Below are positions 30,757-39,659 of a DNA stretch of 64,000 nt, piece by piece. Position 1 is the stretch's first letter. The number at the start of each line of letters is the position of its first letter. The notes beneath the pieces are model-generated. The model did not search any database. It saw only the letters and a list, made by a program, of their open reading frames with translations, and was not told the origin of the DNA. A program made the translations under genes and the position numbers. The DNA is taken from positions 1-64,000 of the forward strand of contig JBEKWR010000003.1 in NCBI GenBank assembly GCA_049512935.1, read 5' to 3'. This DNA is from Candidatus Bathyarchaeia archaeon. Its GTDB lineage: Archaea; Thermoproteota; Bathyarchaeia; Bathyarchaeales; Bathycorpusculaceae.

Positions 30757-30869
30757 AGCTTATCACACACTTATCAATATCCTATAAGATAGTGATAAGT
30801 ATTTAAGACTTGTGGAAAATGGCTTAGTTTTATAAACTAAAACAGCCGTCTAAACATGAGAGAACAATT

Positions 30870-31172
30870 ATGTTTCAAAGTACAAAAGGAAAACGTGTCA
30901 AATATACTAGAGGAAAAATCGTTCACAAAGGCAAAGTTGTGGATGATTTTTGGGTATATGAACGGGAAGGAAAAAGAGAATTTGTAGATTTAATTCAACA
31001 TATAAAATGGGATGACGACGGTACTTTTGGAATCAGAATAAGCTATTATGTGAAAGGGAGTGGGTCTGAGGAAAAATGGCGATTTGCGAATAGACCTCTT
31101 TCCATAAGTTATGAGGCGCTTGAAGAATTGCTAAACAAAGCACGAAAGAAGGATTGGTTCCCGAAAAGTTAG
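30870..31172 (+). CDS. Passenger: hypothetical protein, PC4-like pattern
   Basis: 100-aa ORF ending just inside the right TIR; IRISYY...KWRF...LSISYEALEELL. Confidence 0.65.
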   Translation: MFQSTKGKRVKYTRGKIVHKGKVVDDFWVYEREGKREFVDLIQHIKWDDDGTFGIRISYYVKGSGSEEKWRFANRPLSISYEALEELLNKARKKDWFPKS

Positions 31173-31338
31173 AGCATGACAGATAAGTTTACAGTATCCT
31201 TCCTTCTCAATACCATGTTAGGGCTATGAAGAATATAAGATGATGTTGTTTCAGCTTGAAGCAACAATCGCTATGTTACGGAAAAGGCTTCATCGGTTGG
31301 TTCTAAACCTATTACGATAGGATTAAACCTAAAAAAAG

Positions 31339-31485
31339 CTAATACGCGACTTTAAACTGGCTGCCGCAGCCGTCGCATGTGTAAGCGGCGACGTAAAAGA
31401 AAGAGTTTTCTATCTTCTTGACAGGGGAATCGATAGTTTTTCCGCAGCTTGGGCACTTAACCGCTTCAACTGAACTCTTGAAAAT
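31339..31485 (-). CDS. Small zinc-ribbon protein (absent from ORF track; non-canonical start)
   Basis: IFKSSVEAVKCPSCGKTIDSPVKKIENSFFYVAAYTCDGCGSQFKVAY; GGTGA just upstream; only ATT available as start. Confidence 0.5.
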   Translation of the reverse strand: MFKSSVEAVKCPSCGKTIDSPVKKIENSFFYVAAYTCDGCGSQFKVAY

Positions 31486-31788
31486 GAATCACCTAATCCT
31501 TAAAAAAATACATATTCTGCGCAGGCGATAAAACATGTGTGCGTGCAAAGTTGTAACGACAATTCCTTAGCTGCTCGGTTTTATCTCAACCAATTCCAGC
31601 GGCTTGAATGGGGGAAACATTCCACACTTAAAAAAAGCTGCCTCTCCTAAACCCGTTAGCACCACATCCAAACGCCAAATCAATAAATCAACCCAAAACA
31701 AGCCCTGACTGGAACCCGCCTACCCTAAGAGGGGGTTAGTATTTACATCAAAAAACCAAGGTAAATATGGGTTCACAAGACGGGGGAG

Positions 31789-31817
31789 GGGGGTCTAGTA
31801 TTTGTGACCAAAAACCA
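31789..31817 (+). repeat. Dispersed G-tract intergenic repeat, copy 1
   Basis: GGGGGTCTAGTATTTGTGACCAAAAACCA identical to 47733-47761. Confidence 0.85.
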
Positions 31818-31964
31818 CCACAAAAATGGTGCCCGAAAAAGCAAACCCGCACAAACCAATAAACCCCAAAAACCGCAGGGAAAATGCCGAGAACACCGCA
31901 ATCTAAAATAGGGCGTGTGCATGAAACATCGAGACTGGAAGTCTTCGATAGGAGAAATTCGTTC

Positions 31965-32633
31965 TTGACTGTTTACTTATCCAGCATCGTCGGAAGCGCA
32001 AGCATAGGCGTCTACTCGCTGGCAACCGAGAACATAGTGATAATTCCGCGGATGGTTCCTAAGGAAAAAGCTCAAGAAGTCGCCGATTGGCTAAACGCCA
32101 AACTCGTCTACACATCCATCGGCGGCTCAGTGCTGGCGGGCGCACTGGCATGCGCAAACTCAAACGGGATGCTGCTTCCCAGCTACGCCCGAGACGAAGA
32201 ACTGGCAGACATCAAAACAGCCTTCAAAGGCAACATCACAATAATGGAAACCAAAAAGACGGCTTACGGCAACTTGGTCTTAGCCAACGACAAAGGGGCG
32301 GTGATTGATCCACGCATCAAAACACCTGACATAAAAAAAATCAGCGAAACCCTCGGCGTCGAAGTTGTGCCCACTGAGATAGCTGGCTTACCGTACGTTG
32401 GCTCTTTAGCCGTGGCAACCAACAAAGGCGTGCTTGCTCACCCGCTGCTGAAGGATGAGGAACGACGGGTTTTGGAAGACGTTTTTAAGGTTCCAGTTGA
32501 CGTTGGCACAGTTAACTGCGGCGTCCCATATGTTGGGACAGGTTTGATTGCTAACTCACACGCTGCAGTGGCTGGCTCCATGACGACGGGACCCGAGATG
32601 TTCATAATCGAGCATGCCTTAGGAACCCTATGA
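31965..32633 (+). CDS. eif6: Translation initiation factor 6 (aIF6)
   Basis: SIGVYS, GNLVLAND, GTVNCG..YVG.GL.AN, TTGPE; TTG start at 31965. Confidence 0.93.
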   Translation: MTVYLSSIVGSASIGVYSLATENIVIIPRMVPKEKAQEVADWLNAKLVYTSIGGSVLAGALACANSNGMLLPSYARDEELADIKTAFKGNITIMETKKTAYGNLVLANDKGAVIDPRIKTPDIKKISETLGVEVVPTEIAGLPYVGSLAVATNKGVLAHPLLKDEERRVLEDVFKVPVDVGTVNCGVPYVGTGLIANSHAAVAGSMTTGPEMFIIEHALGTL

Positions 32634-32772
32634 GATGAAACGCGAGAAATTGCCTAAGCTTTAGCCTTGTTCCTTGTGTCTCCGAAATTGAACAGCCTCT
32701 ATTCATAGCGCGGTTTTTCCGTGAAACGTTTATTATTGGGAATGCGCTGGATGATGTGCGGAAAGATGAAAA

Positions 32773-33000
32773 ATGAAGGCTTTCAGAGTTACCGGCGAAA
32801 TCAACAAGCCGAATTTAGCAACTCCATTCGTAAAGGAAGTGTTAGCTGACAAAGGTGAACATGCGGTGGAGAAGGTTTACGCGGAGATAGGCAGTAAGCA
32901 CCGCGTTAAAAGGTGTCACATCAAAATCAGCGACGTTAAAGAAATCAGCGCTGACGAGATTGCGAATCCCATTCTTAAGAAGATAGTTATGGAGCTGTAG
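32773..33000 (+). CDS. rpl18a: 50S ribosomal protein L18Ae/LX
   Basis: AVEKVYAEIGSKHRVKR; synteny. Confidence 0.92.
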   Translation: MKAFRVTGEINKPNLATPFVKEVLADKGEHAVEKVYAEIGSKHRVKRCHIKISDVKEISADEIANPILKKIVMEL

Positions 33001-33012
33001 GAGAATAAGCGT

Positions 33013-33453
33013 TTGGCGCAAGCGGATAAGTCAGAGGAAGAGCTTCGAAAGCTCAGCGTTGAGATGCGGTATCTGGAGCAGACCGCGGATACCCTGCAGC
33101 AGCGCATCAGCATGGTGAACGCCGCTATAACGGATTTAACTTATGCCAACATGACTTTGGATGGAATCGAAAAGGAAAAGGAAAATGCTGAGCTTCTGGT
33201 TCCCATCGGCGGGAACTCTTACGTTAAGGCTAAAATTGCCGACACAAACAAGGTCATCGTCGGAATGGGCGCAGGCGTTTCCGTGGAGAAAACCTTGCCT
33301 GAAGCCAGAGTGACCCTTAAAGAGCGGCTGGATGATTTGGAAAAAACCATGAATGTGGCTCAGCAGCAGTTTGCCCAAGTTGCGGAGAGGATTAACTCGG
33401 GCAGAGGCAGGCTAGAAACTCTGCTCTCGTCAGCTAGAGAAGGGAAACCTTGA
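33013..33453 (+). CDS. pfdA: Prefoldin alpha subunit
   Basis: LLVPIGGNSYVKA...VIVGMGAGVSVEK with flanking coiled coils. Confidence 0.93.
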   Translation: MAQADKSEEELRKLSVEMRYLEQTADTLQQRISMVNAAITDLTYANMTLDGIEKEKENAELLVPIGGNSYVKAKIADTNKVIVGMGAGVSVEKTLPEARVTLKERLDDLEKTMNVAQQQFAQVAERINSGRGRLETLLSSAREGKP

Positions 33454-33457
33454 AGCG

Positions 33458-34363
33458 ATGTTTGAGAAACTCAAGTCGGGTTTTAAAGGCTTAGTCAACA
33501 AGGTAACCACGACAGAGTTTAAACCAGAAAACTTAACACCCATCTTATCAGACTTCAAGATGAGCCTGTGCCAGAACGACGTTGCTTTTCCAGTCGCCGA
33601 CAAAATCGGCGACGACCTTGAAAAACGCTTGGTCGGAGTCCAAGTGAAACGTCTGGATGACCGGAAAAAAATCGTTGAGGAAAACCTGAGGCAGGTTCTT
33701 TTGGAAGTCATGCTAACCAACGTCAGGCTTGACCTGCTGAAGCTGGCTGAGGAGAAACGCAAGAAAAACGAGCCGTTTGTCCTGATGTTCGTGGGCATCA
33801 ACGGCACGGGAAAAACCACTACCATCGCCAAGGTGGCGAAGTTCTTTAACGACAAACGGTACACTGTTGTTCTTGCAGGCGCAGACACTTACCGCGCTGG
33901 CTCAATAGAGCAGTTGGAGGAGCACGCCAAACGTTTAGGAATGCGCATAATCAAGAGCAACTACGGCGGCGACCCTGCGGCGGTCGCATACGACGCTGTC
34001 AACCATGCTAAGGCTCACGGAATCAACGTCGTCTTAATCGACACGGCAGGCAGAATGCAGACTAACCAGAACCTGATGAACGAACTCATCAAAGTCAAAC
34101 GCGTCGTCTGTCCCGACTTAACAATTTTAACCGTGGATTCACTTATTGGCAACGACGCGGTTATGCAGGCGGAGGAATTCAACAAGGCTGTCGGGATTGA
34201 CGCTACAATTTTGACGAAGGTGGATGCTGACGTAAAAGGCGGCTCAGCGCTCAGCGTAACGTACGTTACTCAGAAGCCGATACTCTTCATTGGCGTAGGC
34301 CAAACGTACAAGGATTTGGAGTTGTTCAACCCTGAGAAATTCGTTAACATGATGCTTAGGTAA
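33458..34363 (+). CDS. ftsY: SRP receptor FtsY
   Basis: GINGTGKTTTIAK, DTYRAG, DTAGR, TKVD, GVGQ. Confidence 0.96.
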   Translation: MFEKLKSGFKGLVNKVTTTEFKPENLTPILSDFKMSLCQNDVAFPVADKIGDDLEKRLVGVQVKRLDDRKKIVEENLRQVLLEVMLTNVRLDLLKLAEEKRKKNEPFVLMFVGINGTGKTTTIAKVAKFFNDKRYTVVLAGADTYRAGSIEQLEEHAKRLGMRIIKSNYGGDPAAVAYDAVNHAKAHGINVVLIDTAGRMQTNQNLMNELIKVKRVVCPDLTILTVDSLIGNDAVMQAEEFNKAVGIDATILTKVDADVKGGSALSVTYVTQKPILFIGVGQTYKDLELFNPEKFVNMMLR

Positions 34364-34366
34364 CGC

Positions 34367-34726
34367 TTATGGCTCTTCCATTTCGATCAGTTCGAAACGG
34401 ATTTTGCTCGGGTAAATCCAGTAGGCTTTGATGAAGTCCTCAATGCTTTGGTCGATGTCTACGGCTTCAAAGAAGTTGATGAAGTCCGCCTCAACGCCCT
34501 CTATGTTCTTCGCCGTGTACACTCTTAAATCAACCAAATATTCCTTGTCAACGCCTAGCTCGCGCATCGAAATCATGTCTGGCACTTCAACAGCGAACAT
34601 CAAGTTGGTTAAAACGTCTAAAACAGCAACCTTACGGACGGCTTCATTTTTTGTTTTCACAGCAATTAACCTTTTTTCAAAAACCCTGAAGTTCCAGCCA
34701 CTTTCAATGTCTAAAGAAGCTGACAT
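34367..34726 (-). CDS. Hypothetical protein
   Basis: 119-aa ATG ORF, convergent with ftsY. Confidence 0.65.
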   Translation of the reverse strand: MSASLDIESGWNFRVFEKRLIAVKTKNEAVRKVAVLDVLTNLMFAVEVPDMISMRELGVDKEYLVDLRVYTAKNIEGVEADFINFFEAVDIDQSIEDFIKAYWIYPSKIRFELIEMEEP

Positions 34727-35027
34727 AAACTCACAGTTGAACTATTAGATGCTTTCACCTTAAAAAACTTGAAGAAACCCCACTATTTAGTTTCTATAGA
34801 TTATTTGTGAAACTATTAAGAGCCTAAAAAAAGATTGTTTGTTTGCCGAAGAACAATGCGTAGCCAATCGGGAAAACCAAAGCTTCGGCGAATCAGCGTT
34901 TAGCAAGCACCCCAGTAATCCCCAAGAGGAATTCCCAATCTTGCCCACCCGCTTGTTGAACGTTAGATTCGCTGAGCTAATCGCTTTTGGCTGATTGCTG
35001 ATTTTCAGGTCTAGAAATCGTGGCGGG

Positions 35028-35237
35028 CTATTTTGTTCGTTTCCATTTGGAGGGGTCGCTTAGGTTTTGAACTGGCGAATCGTCAGTGTAGCCCAAGGCT
35101 GTTTGGGTTTTTTGCTTGTATTTTTCCTCTGAGACTTTGGCTTTGCTTTCTTTGGCACTAAGCTCCACGCTTTCCTCAAGCTTGCGTATTGTCCTGCCGA
35201 TCCTGCGTTGACCCTTCGTTACCGTGCATCTTCCCAT
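35028..35237 (-). CDS. Small basic hypothetical protein
   Basis: 69-aa ATG ORF, AT-rich box upstream. Confidence 0.5.
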   Translation of the reverse strand: MGRCTVTKGQRRIGRTIRKLEESVELSAKESKAKVSEEKYKQKTQTALGYTDDSPVQNLSDPSKWKRTK

Positions 35238-35296
35238 TTTTGGTCAAATGGTAACTAAACAGTTAAAGTTAAAAAACCCTTCCACACTAGTCTTGG

Positions 35297-35740
35297 ATGG
35301 TGAAGCTTTTTATGAAAACAAAAGTCAGAACTATAAAACAAAAAGTGGTTATTCCCGCTTCTCCCAAAGAAGTTTACGACGCATACGTTGACCCGAAGAA
35401 ACACGGCAAATTTACAGGAAGCAAAGCCACAGGCAAAGCGGTGGTGGGTGGCAAATTCACTGCTTGGGACGGATACATCTTTGGGAAGTACCTTGAGCTT
35501 GAAGATGGAAAACGTGTGGTTCAAGAGTGGACATCCACCGATTTCCCAGAAGGCAATGGTCCTTCAAGGTTAGAGTTATGTTTCAATAAGGTGCCTGAGG
35601 GAACAGAGCTTGTCATGGTGCACTCGGACGTTCCAGAAGAGCAAGCAGATGAAACTGCCGAGGGCTGGACAGAGTGGTACTGGAACCCGCTGAAGGAGTA
35701 TTTCAGCAGCCAACCTAAAACGAAGACAAAGCCTTCTTGA
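35297..35740 (+). CDS. SRPBCC/AHSA1-domain protein
   Basis: ASPKEVYDAY, GGKFTAWDG, GWTEWYW. Confidence 0.85.
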   Translation: MVKLFMKTKVRTIKQKVVIPASPKEVYDAYVDPKKHGKFTGSKATGKAVVGGKFTAWDGYIFGKYLELEDGKRVVQEWTSTDFPEGNGPSRLELCFNKVPEGTELVMVHSDVPEEQADETAEGWTEWYWNPLKEYFSSQPKTKTKPS

Positions 35741-35858
35741 AGAGAAAACGGCAATTAATGCGGATTCGAGGACGGAAGCGTCGGCAAGCAACCGAAAAGC
35801 ACCCCGCTAAGGCTTGACGCTGAAAAAGAGTTTTAAATGTGAATAGCCAAAGGTTTGG

Positions 35859-36578
35859 TTGGGTGCTCCTGTGACTAACGCGTTGTACCTTGTTGACAGT
35901 TACCTTAAAGAAGCCGACGCAAAAGTGGTCTCAGTCAAAGACGGCAAATACGTGGTTTTAGACCGAACAATCTTCTACCCGAATGGGGGCGGACAACCGT
36001 TTGACTGTGGAAAAATCGTTAGGGCTGGTGAAGATTTTGGCGTGGTCTACGTCGGCAAGTTTTCAGGAGAGATTTCCCACGAAGTCGACCATGTGGGTCT
36101 CCAACCAGGCGACAAGGTTCACTTGGTTTTGAACTGGGATAGAAGATACAAGCTTATGCGCAGCCACACTGCCGCCCATGTTGTTGCTTCACTGCTCAAT
36201 CAGGGCACAGGTGCTCTTATCACGGGCAACCAGCTTGACGTGGAACATATTCGATTTGACTTCAGCTTGGAAACGTTTGACCGACAAGTCTTGGAAGAAT
36301 ACCTGAAGAAGGCTAACAAGCTATTCGGCACCGACGTGCCTGTGAAATGGTATGAATTGCCCAGAGAGGAGGCGATGAAGATTCCCGGCGTTGTCAAGAT
36401 GGCAGGCGCGTTTCCACCAGACATTCCATTGCTAAGAATCGTGGAAATCGTGGGCGTCGACAAACAAGCAGATGGAGGCACGCACGTTAGAAACCTAAGG
36501 GAAGTCGGGCAAGTTCAGCTTTTAAAGACAGAAAACAAGGGAAAGAACAACAGGCGCATCTACTTTAAGCTGAACTAA
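35859..36578 (+). CDS. alaX: Alanyl-tRNA editing protein AlaX-M
   Basis: FYPNGGGQP, MRSHTAAH, DGGTHV, KGKNNRRI. Confidence 0.92.
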   Translation: MGAPVTNALYLVDSYLKEADAKVVSVKDGKYVVLDRTIFYPNGGGQPFDCGKIVRAGEDFGVVYVGKFSGEISHEVDHVGLQPGDKVHLVLNWDRRYKLMRSHTAAHVVASLLNQGTGALITGNQLDVEHIRFDFSLETFDRQVLEEYLKKANKLFGTDVPVKWYELPREEAMKIPGVVKMAGAFPPDIPLLRIVEIVGVDKQADGGTHVRNLREVGQVQLLKTENKGKNNRRIYFKLN

Positions 36579-36614
36579 AAATTAAAAAAAAGAAAAAGCC
36601 TTAGATTTGAATTT

Positions 36615-38099
36615 CTAAGGTGATACTTCGTCGAGTCTTTTGTTGGCTGTTTTCGGTCCGAACTGGGCGATGATTGCGGAGATTATCTGGAACATCGATA
36701 TAATCACGAACAGTATGAGAATCGACTCAACCGAGCCAGATTTCAGAGTTGTAAGTAATGCTCCGACTATTATGAGTCCGATGCCTCCGCCTAGATGTCC
36801 CAAGCCGTCTGCCATCGCGAATCCAGTTGCTCTTGCACGCGTCGGGAAGCTTTCAGTGACCCACGTGTAAGTTATCGGAACAAAGAAGTCCATGCCGATG
36901 AAGATTAGCAATGCGCCTATGGATGCGAGTGCCAGGTTGCTGACGCCGAAGGCGATTAGTATGCCGCCTACGAATGTGATGGCCGCGGAAATGGGTAGCC
37001 ACCTTTTTCGTTCCATTTTGTCTCCGAGGAAAGAAGCCATGACACCTGCCACGACGAATCCGAAGATGCCTAGCGCGACGACCATGCCGTTTTCGGGGAA
37101 GCCAAATCCTGCGCCTGCAAGAATCGATGACAGGCCTGCCGCGTTAATGTAGACGGTCATGTATCCGAAGAACCACACGAAAAACAGCAGGATTGTTCGG
37201 TTGCGGTACATTTTGTTTTTGAGTATTTCCGTGTATGGAACTGGCTGTGGCTTCTGAACGATTGGAATTGACTCGGGTAAGGGTGGCAGCTCTTCCATAG
37301 ATTCCAAGGCGCGTGCTTCCATTTCCGACACAATTCTGTCGGCTTCTTTGGGACGACCATGCGTTATGAGCCAACGCGTTGACTCGGGCAAACCAAACCT
37401 GAGTAGCACGCCTACCAGCGCGAGGACGCCGCCTATCCCGTACATTACTCGCCAGCCGTTTGTGGCTAAGAATGTTCCAGCGTTCGCAAGCGCAAATGGA
37501 AGACCGTTGGGAAACGCGGTGGCCGGCGTAGTTAATATGAGGCCAACCCAAACCGCTAGAACGGTTCCGATTCCGGCTAGGACGAATAGGAAGGATGTGT
37601 ATTTTGCTCTGCCGTTCTTAGGAGCTACTTCATTAATGTACGAGTTGACGATGGCGAGGTCAGCACCAACACCTATGCCAGTAACGAATCTTGCCAGAGC
37701 GAATTCCCAATAATTTGTGACGACCGCGTTGAAAAGGGAGCCAATTCCCGTTATCAAAAGAGTTACTATTAGCATTTCTCTTCTTCCGAACCTGTCGGAA
37801 AATGGGCTGAGCGCCAAAGCGCCGATCACGTAGCCGATGAGATTCAAAAGAACAACTAACCCCTCAAGGCTTGTCACTGCTGAAGAAGTAGGCGACGTCA
37901 CCCAGCCAAGCGTCATGGCGGTCTGAATGAAAGACACGTTGATGTTGAAAATATCGAAGAAGATAAAGATGTATCCTATTCCCAGTATGCCCATGAAAAG
38001 GTAAGAGAGCGCCCAGATGGGAATCCTGTCTTGCCGCGCGATTATTTTTGCGCCGTCTATTTCTTCTTGAGTAGGCGCATTAGGCAATGCGTCAGCCAT
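36615..38099 (-). CDS. MFS transporter (aromatic acid/sugar type)
   Basis: SDRFGRR, GIGVGAD, EVAPKNGR, PESTRWL, ESFPTRAR. Confidence 0.9.
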   Translation of the reverse strand: MADALPNAPTQEEIDGAKIIARQDRIPIWALSYLFMGILGIGYIFIFFDIFNINVSFIQTAMTLGWVTSPTSSAVTSLEGLVVLLNLIGYVIGALALSPFSDRFGRREMLIVTLLITGIGSLFNAVVTNYWEFALARFVTGIGVGADLAIVNSYINEVAPKNGRAKYTSFLFVLAGIGTVLAVWVGLILTTPATAFPNGLPFALANAGTFLATNGWRVMYGIGGVLALVGVLLRFGLPESTRWLITHGRPKEADRIVSEMEARALESMEELPPLPESIPIVQKPQPVPYTEILKNKMYRNRTILLFFVWFFGYMTVYINAAGLSSILAGAGFGFPENGMVVALGIFGFVVAGVMASFLGDKMERKRWLPISAAITFVGGILIAFGVSNLALASIGALLIFIGMDFFVPITYTWVTESFPTRARATGFAMADGLGHLGGGIGLIIVGALLTTLKSGSVESILILFVIISMFQIISAIIAQFGPKTANKRLDEVSP

Positions 38100-38354
38100 T
38101 TAGCTTGCCCCTCCAGACGATGCGGTTAGGCGATTCTTGTTCGAAAGTAGCGGAAAAGCAACCTGTTGGGCTAAGCCATCCCTGCTCGGATAGTTTATTT
38201 GATACAACATGATTCCAAAATTATTGTATTAATCAATATATAAGATTAACCCATTGACAGGTGTCTAGGCTAGACAGCGCATGATTAATTCGAGCGAGAT
38301 TTAGCAGCTGGGCTGATTTTCTTGAATTTGCCATCGACGTAGAATTCACGGTTT

Positions 38355-39362
38355 TTAGATCCAGCCTTTTCTTCGGAAGACGCTGATCAGCCCTACTGCA
38401 ATGCTGATCATCACCGCAATCATGACCCAGAACCCGTCTATGCTGTTGCTTCCAGGCAGGAAGAATCCGCGTCCAAAGTCGGTTCCGTAAATGCCCGCTA
38501 TCAACGTTAGCGGTAGAAATATGGCTGAAATGATGGTGAGTACCCTGATTATGTTGTTGGTTGTCAACGTTTGAGCGTTAATGATGATGTCGACGATGTC
38601 TTGGATTTCTTCACGGTGAGTATCTACAACCTCGATCAGCGAGATTATTCTGTCGTATAGGTCTTCAAAGCGCGGCAGGGTGACGCTTGAAACAATGGCA
38701 AACTCGCCCCTCGCAGCTCTTCCCACAACCTCGCGGAGCGGCCCAATTGACTGCCTAAGAGCTAACACTTGCTCTCTCGACTTAGCAACTTCCAACCCGA
38801 GAGACCTGTTGGAATCCTTTGGTCTTTGCCTAAAGCGGCTTCCAGCTTCCTGGCTTAAACCCACAAGTTTTTCATGAACCAAGTCGGAAACCAAGAAGCA
38901 CTCGTTCAGAATTAAATCCAGAAAGATGTAAAGTAAAATGTCAGTGGAAGGCGTTAGAGAAAGGGCAAAGTAGCCGTGGGTGCTGATTTTCTTGTAGATT
39001 TCGCAGGTTATGTTAGAATGCCCCTTGTGAACCGAGACCATCCACCTGTCGCTGACCATTAAGGCAACCCATTTTGCTTTTGTTTCTGTAATGAATTGTT
39101 CGCTGCTGGGGAAACTGACAAAACAAGAGACGCGGTCTTCAATTTCCTCTATCTTTGATCGTAAGCCAGCTTCATCGAAGTCCTTTAGGTTGAAGTTTTC
39201 CAACGGAAAGTAACCTTTTAACTGTGCGATTTCAGCTTCGGTAGGGTCTTCAGCGTCAACCCAGAGGATAGAGTCTTCGCTGATTCTACTGGGCAGGGTT
39301 TCCAAGTTGTCTGAGCGCCATTGCCCGCCTTCGAACTTCCTAAGCTGAGTGACGGTTAACAC
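38355..39362 (-). CDS. corA: CorA-family divalent cation transporter
   Basis: LTIISAIFLPLTLIAGIYG with two C-terminal TMs; GTD in place of GMN. Confidence 0.85.
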   Translation of the reverse strand: MLTVTQLRKFEGGQWRSDNLETLPSRISEDSILWVDAEDPTEAEIAQLKGYFPLENFNLKDFDEAGLRSKIEEIEDRVSCFVSFPSSEQFITETKAKWVALMVSDRWMVSVHKGHSNITCEIYKKISTHGYFALSLTPSTDILLYIFLDLILNECFLVSDLVHEKLVGLSQEAGSRFRQRPKDSNRSLGLEVAKSREQVLALRQSIGPLREVVGRAARGEFAIVSSVTLPRFEDLYDRIISLIEVVDTHREEIQDIVDIIINAQTLTTNNIIRVLTIISAIFLPLTLIAGIYGTDFGRGFFLPGSNSIDGFWVMIAVMISIAVGLISVFRRKGWI

Positions 39363-39659
39363 TTTTCGTCTGTTGCTCCGTTTAATATTCTGGGGAACTT
39401 GTTTCTAAACTTATTCAGTGCTGTCCGCTTATTTTAAGAAATTGCCACGGTTCCAACCCGGCTTGACATCTTCACCTTGTGAACACCTATGGGCGGCATC
39501 AAAGATTTTGAAAGCCACCGATGTGTTCATCCCAGTTAAAATGAAGAGAGAAATTAGATTTGGGTTTGTTTTGGGAAAAATGGGTTAAGTAGGAGCGGTA
39601 GGGTTTATCTGTTAAGTGAGGATTAGCATGGCAGGAATCGGAACTGGAGGCAAGTAGGG

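Larger units (their letters stand above)
27773..31198. mobile_element. IS6-like transposon carrying passenger genes (3426 bp)
   Basis: Perfect 24-bp TIRs GATACTGTAAACTTATCTGTCATG (27773-27796, 31175-31198); direct repeat CTTCCTTCT at 27764-27772 and 31199-31207; internal DDE transposase. Confidence 0.92.

Noticed and set aside
34840-35010. Possible structured RNA (several short inverted matches such as GCCGAAG/CTTCGGC)
   Set aside because: Pairings are short and mutually inconsistent; could equally be a decayed gene; no family recognised.
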